A program made the translations under genes and the position numbers. The notes below the pieces were generated by a model, which saw only the letters and a program-made list of their open reading frames with translations, had not been told where the DNA came from and ran no database searches. A stretch of 64,000 nucleotides of DNA from Selaginella moellendorffii (Eukaryota > Plantae > Lycopodiophyta): assembly GCF_000143415.4 (NCBI RefSeq), contig NW_003314268.1:1-64000 (forward strand). Reading direction: 5' to 3'. Within the stretch, counting starts at the first letter, position 1, and each line of letters begins with the position of its first letter. Positions 51,298-62,314 of this stretch are shown in pieces.

Positions 51298-52231
51298 GAC
51301 TGCAATAGAGGTGGACTTTGAGGCAGAGTGAACTCGAGCAGTCGGGGAGGCTTCTTGGGACATACAGCTGCTTTGTGATTAGGATCAGCACAATAGAGGC
51401 AAAGATTATGAGATATTCGACGTTGCTTCTCAGCAGGACTCAACTTCCCTCTAATGAGTCAGGGAGTACTAGAAATATCCATCGGAACCGGAGCAGTAGG
51501 TTCAGGAGTATGCCTCGAAGACTCAAGCTGGGATTCCTGAGTCTGGGACGGAAAAACAGCGGCACGGCAACTTTCCTGACGACGTTCAAAGAGACGATTG
51601 TCACATCAAACAGCTTTGTTGATGGCGTCCGACAGGTCCTTGGGATCCTCCATGGTGAGCAACAAATCCTTGACACCGTTGTTGAGGCCGAAACGAAATT
51701 GGTCAATCAGGGCCCGCTCATCCCACTGAGTGTCCAAAGCAAGGAGTTGGAACTCTGCAGCGTAGATCGAGGCAGGACGAGACCCTTGAGAGAGACGTCT
51801 CATCTTTGTGGTAGCAGCCCAAACCCGATCCGTCTCGCCAAAACATGCTTCGAGCTTCTCTTTGAACAATTGAAGATCCATCAGCTCCGGAACCACGACC
51901 CCTTTCATGCTCTTCTCCAGAAGAGGAGAAAACCATGATAAGGCTGCACCTTCGAGCAACGTCCGATTTGAGACTCGGGAGTGGGGTACCGTTGATGTTG
52001 AAGTGCGAAGATCAACTCCATTTGGTTCAGGAATCCGCGAAGCTCCGAACGCTTGCCTGAAAATTTCGTCGGGAAACTCACCTTCGGTTCAGGAACTTTG
52101 CTGGATCCTTGAGCCAAAAGTGAAGCAAGCTCCTGCTGCATGCGAAGAAGGGTCGCCTTCAACTCGGTATTCTCAGACTGGATTTTTGCAAGGACTTCAG
52201 CAAAGAAATCAGGATGACTTGGAGACTCCAT
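51270..52231 (-). pseudogene. gag: Chromovirus gag
   Basis: MESPSHP start, capsid-like PTKFSGKRSELRGFL, zinc knuckle CLYCADPNHKAAVC, ends SGNDPVQTE*; one frameshift and one internal stop. Confidence 0.85.
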
Positions 52232-53039
52232 CGGCAAGAAGAAAGAAAAAAGGGGGAAAAAAGGCAAAGGTAATCAAACAATCAAAACGAGCTAAATCAA
52301 AAAATGAAAAAACACAATCTGAATCAAACTGTCAAGACCCCCGACAAGATCAAGACTGGAAAATGCAAAAAGACAAAGAGAAAAAGCTAGTGGAAACAAA
52401 GAAGAGGCCTTAGACTGGTGTTGATTCAGATTGTGGAGAAATGGAACAAGGCTAACCTATATATACTATAGGTTGATGAAGCTCCACCACTCTTGGATCG
52501 AGGACGGCCTAAATATAGCTGAGGTCGAGGAGGCGCCACATCATCATCAGGAATATGGCTCGAGACTCAGAAATCGGGAAGTGTCTCGAGAGTCAGGAAT
52601 AGGGAAGTGTCTCGAGAGTCAAGAATGTGGTCTGCAGGTCAGGAATCTGGCGAGAGTCAGGAATGTGGCAAGAATTGGGGGATTCCTGACAAGCACCTCT
52701 GCAATTGCTATTGGATACTTCTTCCTCAATCGAGTGGTGTTCCAGCATTCTTGTCCAGAGCGGATTCTTTCAGATAATGGTCCAGTATTTATGGTTGAGG
52801 CATTTCATGTTTTGACATTTCGGTTGGGGATACGCCACACTTTCACGAGTGCTTATCATCCACAATCAGACGGTCTGGTGGAATGGCTCGTTAGGACATT
52901 CAAAGGGATAATTGCGAAGTATGTGAACTTTCAGCATTCGGATTGGGATGGTTATTTGCCGTCTCTTCGATATGTATATGTCATAGGGGTGTAGAGTTCT
53001 GTTTGTGCTTCACCATATAAACGCCTATATGGTCATTAT

Positions 53040-54415
53040 CCAATATTACCAACAGAGCTGGGTTTACCTTTGTGATTGCCACGAGCTGCCGATGACCTAG
53101 TATGCATAGGCATACTGGATCATGACATATGTAGTGCTATGCATATAGCTATGCATCATAAAACATCGAGCTTTCCATCTATATTAGTTTTCAACTAAGA
53201 CACACTTAATTGCATTAATTTTATTTGCATCAATCTTGCCATCTTGAGCTGTAAACTCTAATCTTTTAATCATATAATACATTGCTTCATAAATTAATCT
53301 TATTGTTGCACCCTCACGATCAGCAAAATGTAACACCTTCAAAATAAAAGCTATCATAACCAATAAAGTAAAAACATTCTTCCAAAATTAATCATTAAGA
53401 ATTGTTGTGAGAACATCTTTGGCATCTTTTGTGTTATACCACTTCGATGATTCAAATTCTACACTCACTATGAATCATTGAAGGCACAGCAAAATATCTT
53501 CATACTAAAGCTGGCTGACCATAAAAAAAATGTAAGCGAATTAAGTCCCAACCATGTTCATTATGTGGTAGTCACATGACAAGGGCCTTCCATTTTGGTG
53601 GAACAAGTCAAGCTCCCACTTGCCTTTATCGGGACATAGAACAGGTAGCTTCCTCTCCTCCTTTCAAACAAGGCGATCAGATTCTTCCAAGTCCTCCCCC
53701 TCGAGAGTTGATTGGTAAATGTGTGAAACTGAGGAGTCACTAGTGATCCAAGCAAAATACCTTGCAATGCTATGTCTTCCCTGACAGCCACCACCATTGG
53801 GCATGGGAGCTGGAAGCTCTTGAGCCAGGTGGAACACCCAGTGACACAGCGTGCCATCCTTGGAGAAACTATAAGCAAAGATCCCGCCCTCTGTGCTCTC
53901 GGTGAAGAAGACGCCATTAATAATGTTGTGGTGTGCAGAGAGCACAACTGCATTGCTTTGGAGCGTAAAAATCCTCACCGCGAAGTCCTTGCAGCTGCAG
54001 ATGACCCAATTGCCGTCGGGGCTCCAATCGAGGCAAGCGATCGTGTCGTGGCTGCTGGAGAAAGTGTGGAGTACCATGAACTCCTTGAGGCACCCGACCG
54101 TCCTCCATACCTGGATGGCAACTGCAAAGAGGAATCCATCGGGGCTAAATCTGGAGCTTAGACACATCATTGCCATTCTCCACAGGCAGCGTCCAGCTCT
54201 GTGACAGAGATAGAGATGTGATTGCCGACTGGTGACACCAGCGCAGCGCTCCCACCCACAGCGACATTGGAATTAAGTATTATTAAATCTACTATTAATT
54301 GCCAAACTTTGTGGGCTGCTGGATCTGGTCAATTGATGCTGTTAACCTAGTAAATATCACATGCTTCTGAAATATTTTTGTGAGGTTGCCTGAGGTGTGA
54401 GTGACACTTGTCTAT
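53040..54415 (+). repeat. 1376-bp direct duplication, copy 1 (copy 2 at 60939-62314)
   Basis: Constant offset of 7899 bp, identical ORF sets, only one substitution noticed by eye (CATATGTAG vs CATATGCAG). Confidence 0.97.
53540..54268 (-). pseudogene. PWP2: PWP2 (UTP1) WD40 5' fragment, copy 1
   Basis: ALVSPVGNHISI, FSPDG, HDTIACLDWSPDG, SFSKDGTL match the PWP2 N-terminus; start missing; many internal deletions. Confidence 0.75.
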
Positions 54416-54483
54416 CTTTCTTGGCCGCGGGATATATTTCTCCAGGGACGCGCAATGCAAGCTTCGCCCCAAACCTGGAACGA

Positions 54484-57400
54484 GGAACGAGGCTACTTAT
54501 TGATGGACGTACATGCTTGTTACAGGTGAGAGTTTCTTCCCCTGGTTTCTTTCTTTGTTTTTGCTGAAGCTGTGTTTGTTTGTGCAGAACGATCATGATC
54601 CGTCGCGACTGATAGCGGAGACCCCGTGCAAGCTAATGCGCTTTCTAGTGGCGGACGGTAGCCATGTTGACACCGACACACCCTACGCCGAGGTGGAAGT
54701 TATGAAAATGTGCATGCCTCTTCTTTCACCGGCTTCCGGCACAATCCACTTCAAGCATTTGGAAGCACAAGCAATGGTGGTACGTGCTACCGTCGGTTTA
54801 GTGTTTGTTATCTTGCTTTGTGTGGTTCTGTCCGTGCAGGCCGGCGATTTGATTGCGGTGCTCGACTTGGATGATCCTTCTGCTGTGAGAAAAGCAGTTC
54901 CATTTTCGGAAGGATTTCCGGCACTTGGAACTCCAATACCGGTCCCTGGAAAGGTTCATCATCGCTGTGCCTTGATCATTAATGCCTCGAACATGATACT
55001 CGCCGGTTACGAACACAACGTGGACGAGGTAAGCTGATCAGTACTTAGTCCATTTGGCTTAAGCTTTACGAGACTTTTTTGTGTGGGTTGTAGGTTGTGC
55101 AGACTCTTCTCAGTTGCTTGGACGATCCTCAGCTGCCCGTTCTTCAGTGGCAAGAATGCATTGCAGTACTCGCAAGCCGAATCCCGACCAACTTGAAAGC
55201 TCGGGTACAGTGTGGGTTTTTCATTTGAACGAGCACGCAGCTTACTGTGTTCTACACAGCTGGATCTGAAGCTGAAAGAGTACGAAGCCTCGTCTGGTAG
55301 CGAGCGAGGAGCTGCAGACTTTCCTGCCAAGGGAGTGCGGGAAGTTTTAGAGGTGAGTTCTTACGTTGTTTTTTTACGAAAGCCACCCTTCTTTGTAGGA
55401 ATTCCTTGCCTCTGCAACCGATCAAGACAGGGCGACACAAGAAAGGCTTGTGGAGCCCTTGTTAACGCTAGCCAAGTCATACGAGGGGGGGCGCCGGGGT
55501 CACGCCTGCAGCATCGTAAAAGCACTCTTTGAGGAGTATTTGCTCGTCGAGGAGCATTTCAGCCAAGGCACCGGTACACAGGTGTGTATCGAGCTTCGCT
55601 CTTTTTTGAATCACGAGCTCCAAATTCTTTGCTTTGCAGGCGGACGTCATCGAAAGCCTTCGACACGTCCACAAGAAAGACCTCTGGAAGGTTGTCGATA
55701 TTGTGCTCTCTCACCAGGTAATGTTTTTCCTCCTAAGAACTAAGAACGCTAAGTAACTGGAGAACACAGGGTATCAAGACTAAGAACGCCTTAATGTTAC
55801 GCCTTATCGAAGCTCTCGTGTATCCTAACCCCTCCGCATACAGAGACCAACTTGTGCGTTTGGCGGCCTTGAGTGACTCAAACTACACGGAGGTACGTAA
55901 ACTCCTCCTTGGTTGTGTGTAGTAACGTGGTGGTAATGCAGCTGGCGGTAAAGTCGAGCCTTCTTCTGGAACAATCTAAGTTGAGCGGAATTCGAGCAGA
56001 TATTGCGCGAAGTCTATCAGAGCTGGGAATGTTTACGGAGGACGAAAACGGCTCAAAGCGATCTGGCAAGAGTGCTATCGACGAGTGAATGGAATACTGG
56101 GTTGACGCACCGGTTGCTGTGGAAGATGCTCTTGTGGCGTTGTTTGATCACGGTGACCATGGCGATCACACGTTGCAAAGGCGCGTTATCGAGACTTACA
56201 TCCGAAGGCTGTATCAGGTACTTATCGTTCCTTGTTCTGTGTGTGTGTTCTTGACAAACTTGTCCGGCCTCGCAGCCATATCTAGTGAAAGGTTCAGTCC
56301 GGATGCAATGGCAGCGCTCGGCAATGCTAGCCTCGTGGCAATTCTACGAGGAAGGGCCTCTCCGGGTGGCAACAGCGGCAGAAGAAAGTGAACCAGTCAA
56401 ATGGCGCGGGGCCATGGCGGTCCTCTCGTCCTTGAACACACTCTCGTCTACTGTTCGGACTGCGCTTGAAGAGTGGTTTGGTGTCACGCAGGAGACCAAG
56501 GACTCTAACCATACCCGCCTTGGCAACGTGCTCCATATTGCTCTCGTCGGGAGGAAGAACCAGCTGAGTGCTCATCAAGACAGGTACATGAAGGAGCTTT
56601 TGTGCCTGTGGTGTGACACACTTAACACTTTGCAGTGGTGATGAGGGCCAGACGCAAGAAAGAGTCGAGAAGCTCGCCAAGGGACTCAAGGGTGAGACCT
56701 TGCGAGGATTGCTGCAAGCTGCCGGAGTTGGAGTTGTGAGCTGCATCATCCAAAGAGACGAAGGCAGGGGTCCAATCCGCCACTGCTTTCACTGGTCTCA
56801 GGAGACGAAATCATATGCAGAAGACCCGCTCTACCGTCACGTCGAGGCACCTCTCTCTGGTTTCCTTGAGCTGGTATGTATAGAATCAATCCTCCCTCGT
56901 CACCCCGGAGCAACACTTTCCTTCGTTATTGCAGGACAACTTGAAGGAGCTTGGAACGATGAAGTACTCACTGTCACGGGACAGGCAATGGCATCTTTAC
57001 TCTGTCCAGGAGAAGAAGGGAAAGTCGACGGTGAAGCGCACGTTTCTACGGACTTTCGTGAGGCAAACAAAGACGCTGGACGAGGATGGCACTTTTGAGA
57101 GCGTGATCAAGGCGCTCCAAGGCGCTCTGGAAGAGCTGGAAGTCGCAGAAGGAAGAGCCGAGCACGTCCATATGTACCTTTGCGTGCTGAGGCCGCAGGG
57201 AGTGAGAAGCCTCGCCTCGTCAATCGTGGTGTGGCTCGAGGCGCTGGTACACAAGATCTACGCTGCTCTTGGAACACGCATGTACCGCCTAGCCGTGCTT
57301 GCATGGGAGCTCCGGATGTCTTTGGGTGGCGAAGGCATCTGGAGAGTGGTGGTGTCCAACGCTACTGGTTACACTTGCAAGGTTGAGGTAAAAGTCTTTC

Positions 57401-59928
57401 TTTGCTCCTCTTGTCTCTTTGATTCACAGCTCTACATCTCTTCTTTCTTTGTGTGCTCGCAGATCTACAGGGAGGTGCGCGATCCTCTCACGAAGCAGAC
57501 CGTCTATAGCTCGCCGTTTCCAGGTTGTGAGGGGCCGCTCCATGGAGTCCCGTTGTCCAAGCAGTGCAAGCCGCTGGAAGCTCTTGACTCTAGACGGCTG
57601 CTGGCCAGGAAGAACGGCACCACCTTTTGCTACGACTTCCCTCTGGTAAGTTGTGCGTGTTTCTAGCTGAGCGACGAACGAGCTTGTGTCAAACCAGGTG
57701 TTCGAGGCTGCGCTCAAGCAGTGCTGGAAGGAGTCCGGGATGGAGCTGCCCAAGGACACCACAGCGTTCTGCGCAACCGAGCTCGTGTTTCTTACGGCAA
57801 ACCAGTCGTGGGACGCCACCCTGGTGGAGACGAACCGGCCCAGCGCCAGCAACGACATTGGAATGGTAGCGTGGCGTCTGGAGCTGTGCACTCCAGAGTA
57901 CCCTCAGGGCCGCCACCTTGTCGTGGTTTCCAACGACGTAACGCATGCCGCTGGCTCCTTCGGCCCCAAGGAGGACGCCTTCTTCAAGTGCGTCACGGAC
58001 ATGGCGTGCCGGGAGAAGCTCCCTCTCGTCTACCTGGCCGCCAACTCGGGTGCCCGGATCGACGTAGCCGAGGAAGTGAGGAGGAGCTTCCAGGTCGGGT
58101 GGCTGGACGACTCTCGCCCAGAGCACGGCTTCCACTACCTCTACCTCCGGCCGGACGACTACGCCAAGCTCGGCGCCTTCGTGAACGCTCACAAGCTGGA
58201 GGTGGCGGACGGACATGTGCGCTGGGTGATCGACGATATCATCGGGCAGAAGGACGGGCTCGGCGTGGAGAACCTCTCGGGGAGCGGTGCCATCGCCAGC
58301 GCCTACTCCAAGGCATACAGGGAGACCTTCACCTTGACGTACGTCTCCGGCAAGACGGTTGGCATCGGTGCCTACCTTGCTCGTCTGGGAATGCGGTGCA
58401 TCCAGCGGTTGGACCAGCCGATCATCCTCACGGGCTACTCGGCGCTCAACAAGCTCCTGGGACGAGAAGTGTACAGCTCGCAAATGCAGCTCGGGGGACC
58501 CAAGGTGATGGCGACGAACGGCGTCACGCATCTCACTGTGAGCGACGATCTCGAAGGAGTGTCCGCCATCCTCAACTGGCTGAGCTACGTCCCCAGCGTC
58601 AAAGGTGGCGGGCTTCCGTCTCGGCCCAGCGACGATCCCCCGGACAGGACAGTGGCCTACGTCCCGGAGAACAGCTGCGATCCTCGTGCCGCGGTGGCCG
58701 GAGTTTACAACTCCGAGGGTGGCGGCGGCTGGATGGGCGGTATCTTCGACAAAGGCAGCTTCACCGAGACGCTCGAGGGGTGGGCTCGGACGGTAGTGAC
58801 AGGGCGTGCTCGGCTCGGGGGGATACCAGTTGGGATCATCGCGGTGGAGACGCAGACGGTCATGCAAGTGATCCCTGCGGACCCCGGACAGCTCGACTCG
58901 CAGGAGAGAGTGGTGCCGCAAGCCGGACAGGTCTGGTTCCCGGACTCGGCCTCCAAGACGGCCCAAGCCATGATCGACTTCAACAACGAGGGGCTCCCGC
59001 TCTTCATCCTGGCCAACTGGAGAGGCTTCTCGGGTGGCCAAAGAGATCTCTTTGAGGGAGTTTTGCAAGCCGGATCCACCATCGTGGAGCACCTCCGCAC
59101 GTACCAGCAACCGGTGTTCGTCTACGTGCCTCGGAATGGCGAGCTTCGAGGCGGGGCCTGGGTGGTGGTGGACAGTAAGATCAATCCGGACCAAGTCGAG
59201 ATGTACGCCGACAGCACGGCTAGAGCCGGGGTGCTCGAGGCCGAGGGAGTAGCCGAGATAAAGTTCCGGAGGGAGCAAATCCTCGACTCCATGAAGCGCT
59301 TGGATCCAGTACTGCCACGACTCGAGGATCCAGCAGCGGTGAGAGCTCGCCAGGACAGCCTGATTCCAGTGTACAAGCAGATCGCCCTCCGCTTCATTGA
59401 TATGCACGACACGGCCTTCCGGCTGGCCGCCAAAGGGATCATCCGGCGGGTGGTGAACTGGGAGTGCTCGAGGTCTTTCTTCTACAACAGGTTGGCGAGG
59501 AGGCTGGCCCAAGAATCCGTGATACAACGTGTGCTAGCGGCTGCTGGAAGCGAGTGTAGTCACCGGGACGCGCTGGAGCTGTTGAGGCAGTGGTTCTTGA
59601 CGTGGAGCAGCAGCAGCACCGGCGATGGGGATGGTTGGGCCGACGATACTCTGGTTGTGGAGTGGCTGGCCAGCAACGAGTCCAGGATCCAACGGGAGCT
59701 CCAGCAGCTCAGAGTGCAGAAAGTTTCGAGGCAGATGCTCAGTGATTGTCAAAATCGAAACGACGATCTCGAGGTGCTGCCGCAAGTTATACAGAACCTT
59801 GTTGATAAGGTAAGTTTTGTCTACCGTTTCGCTGTGCAGCTCTGATCTCCTCTTCGTCTTGCTCGTGTCAGATGGATCCTGCTGCCAGGCAAGCACTCAA
59901 GGAGCAAATTAAAGCAGCACTACTGTAA
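54484..59928 (+). pseudogene. ACC: Homomeric acetyl-CoA carboxylase, 5'-truncated (no biotin carboxylase domain), with an in-frame stop
   Basis: Starts at GTRLLIDGRTCLLQ; BCCP motif EVMKM; central domain; carboxyltransferase motifs YLAANSGAR, GVENL, ANWRGFSGG, GELRGGAWVV; intact introns; TGA at 56086-56088 (IDE*ME); terminal TAA 59926-59928. Confidence 0.92.
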
Positions 59929-59989
59929 ACTTACTGCTGTTGTCATTCCTTTTCCAAGGCACGGAGGAGCTCAGCAAGGATCCCACCTC

Positions 59990-60946
59990 CGTTCTGATCA
60001 CCTACGTGAAATTGTTTGGTTCACATTCAAATAAAGAAAAAATAACTTCACCTGAGTTCTCAAGCCCGAGCGGAGCGTCCGTTATCATACAAGTCCGAGC
60101 TTTGTTCCACGCTCTTGCTCTTAGTTGGGGTAACGGAGAAGGTAGTCGTTTTTGGAGGCGGTTTTTGCTGCAAGATAGGGACTTGAGAGCGGGCATGAGC
60201 TCCCTGGTCTTCGACTGGATTGTTCTGCCAATGCAAAGCTCCTGTAACAAACCAACTTAGTACATGTTTCCTTCTAACTTGATACATACCAGTAAGAACT
60301 CCAAACGAGGTGTCTTCCCCAGATACTGCGCAAGTGCATCTCCAAGGTATGAAAGTGAAACGTTGCAGACAACACCACTGATCGCAGAGACGTCTACGGC
60401 CTCCACGCATTTCTGAATCAGCAGCGGCTCGTTCAACCAGCACACCATTGATTGCCTACAGAAATGGCAACAAAAAGCTTCACATCCAGTGAGCCCGTAA
60501 AGACCAATCGTACCTCCGGTGTGACATCCACATCGAGATCAGTGGGATCAAAAATAAGGTTGTCCATTGAGTAGATGAGCAGGCCTTCCGTTGTTGCAGC
60601 TGCCCAAGACCTGCCAGTTGGAGATATCCTGAGGCACTTGGTGCGTATAATTGGCCTCGCAGCGTTGGTCTGTGCCCCGGGTAGTCCCTGCGCCAACTTG
60701 CCTCTAACTTGACCATCGACACCGGCCTGTCATAGTCATCGATCAGATCTATAGGACCCTCCTGCAACGTCACGCCTGCCTCCGTCAATCGGGTCAGAAG
60801 TGGATCTGACCATCAAGTGTTGAGCAGGCCAGTTGCTTTCCGTCCGGGCTGTAAACCATGGTGAGCACGTCATGAGTGAAGGTTTCAACCCCTCAAACAC
60901 ATCCCACAGGTGCACGGTTTTGTCCCATGATGACGAAGCCAATATT
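59990..60946 (-). pseudogene. PWP2: PWP2 3' fragment (late WD repeats and Utp12 region)
   Basis: LASSSWDKTVHLWDVF, SPDGKQLA, RTKCLRISPTGRSWAAATTEGLLIYS, FDPTDLDVDVTPE; frameshifting deletions. Confidence 0.85.
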
Positions 60947-62314
60947 ACCAACAGAGCTGGGTTTACCTTTGTGATTGCCACGAGCTGCCGATGACCTAGT
61001 ATGCATAGGCATACTGGATCATGACATATGCAGTGCTATGCATATAGCTATGCATCATAAAACATCGAGCTTTCCATCTATATTAGTTTTCAACTAAGAC
61101 ACACTTAATTGCATTAATTTTATTTGCATCAATCTTGCCATCTTGAGCTGTAAACTCTAATCTTTTAATCATATAATACATTGCTTCATAAATTAATCTT
61201 ATTGTTGCACCCTCACGATCAGCAAAATGTAACACCTTCAAAATAAAAGCTATCATAACCAATAAAGTAAAAACATTCTTCCAAAATTAATCATTAAGAA
61301 TTGTTGTGAGAACATCTTTGGCATCTTTTGTGTTATACCACTTCGATGATTCAAATTCTACACTCACTATGAATCATTGAAGGCACAGCAAAATATCTTC
61401 ATACTAAAGCTGGCTGACCATAAAAAAAATGTAAGCGAATTAAGTCCCAACCATGTTCATTATGTGGTAGTCACATGACAAGGGCCTTCCATTTTGGTGG
61501 AACAAGTCAAGCTCCCACTTGCCTTTATCGGGACATAGAACAGGTAGCTTCCTCTCCTCCTTTCAAACAAGGCGATCAGATTCTTCCAAGTCCTCCCCCT
61601 CGAGAGTTGATTGGTAAATGTGTGAAACTGAGGAGTCACTAGTGATCCAAGCAAAATACCTTGCAATGCTATGTCTTCCCTGACAGCCACCACCATTGGG
61701 CATGGGAGCTGGAAGCTCTTGAGCCAGGTGGAACACCCAGTGACACAGCGTGCCATCCTTGGAGAAACTATAAGCAAAGATCCCGCCCTCTGTGCTCTCG
61801 GTGAAGAAGACGCCATTAATAATGTTGTGGTGTGCAGAGAGCACAACTGCATTGCTTTGGAGCGTAAAAATCCTCACCGCGAAGTCCTTGCAGCTGCAGA
61901 TGACCCAATTGCCGTCGGGGCTCCAATCGAGGCAAGCGATCGTGTCGTGGCTGCTGGAGAAAGTGTGGAGTACCATGAACTCCTTGAGGCACCCGACCGT
62001 CCTCCATACCTGGATGGCAACTGCAAAGAGGAATCCATCGGGGCTAAATCTGGAGCTTAGACACATCATTGCCATTCTCCACAGGCAGCGTCCAGCTCTG
62101 TGACAGAGATAGAGATGTGATTGCCGACTGGTGACACCAGCGCAGCGCTCCCACCCACAGCGACATTGGAATTAAGTATTATTAAATCTACTATTAATTG
62201 CCAAACTTTGTGGGCTGCTGGATCTGGTCAATTGATGCTGTTAACCTAGTAAATATCACATGCTTCTGAAATATTTTTGTGAGGTTGCCTGAGGTGTGAG
62301 TGACACTTGTCTAT
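60939..62314 (+). repeat. 1376-bp direct duplication, copy 2 (includes the second PWP2 5' fragment, ~61440-62167, minus strand)
   Basis: Matches 53040-54415. Confidence 0.97.

Larger units (their letters stand above)
47172..52691 (-). mobile_element. Full-length chromovirus (Ty3/Gypsy, probably Tcn1-like), inactivated
   Basis: LTRs 52330-52691 (5') and 47172-47545 (3', contains an N gap), TG..CA ends, TSD AGCAC (47167-47171 / 52692-52696), PPT. Order gag(CCHC)-PR(LLDSGA)-RT-RH-IN-chromodomain. Lesions: YLDD>YLND, stops at 49039, 48346 and 51606, gag frameshift near 51960. Confidence 0.96.
45592..53095 (+). mobile_element. Older degenerate Ty3/Gypsy pol (RT-RNase H-integrase), host of the nested insertions; pieces 45592-47171 and 52697-53095
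   Basis: VMPFGL..FIDD, LHVDAFDVGLGGV..NYSTTEKECLAVVW, HHCC zinc finger, FDFMGP, ILSDNG, SAYHPQSDG; many stops. The integrase frame rejoins (ALASTSAIA) after removing the insert. Confidence 0.9.

Noticed and set aside
52431-52994. 187-aa ORF apparently fusing a novel N-terminus to integrase
   Set aside because: Chance read-through from antisense LTR sequence (TTG start) into the interrupted host integrase.
53040-54415. 1376-bp direct repeats as LTRs of a gene-capturing retroelement
   Set aside because: No TG..CA ends, PBS, PPT or TSD; the repeat is a mosaic of integrase tail, spacer and PWP2, and the enclosed ACC retains introns.
57689-59527. 612-aa antisense and 444-aa alternative-frame ORFs over the ACC exon; similar ORFs over the subtilase, DnaJ and PPR genes
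   Set aside because: Shadow ORFs expected from GC-rich codon usage; no independent motifs.
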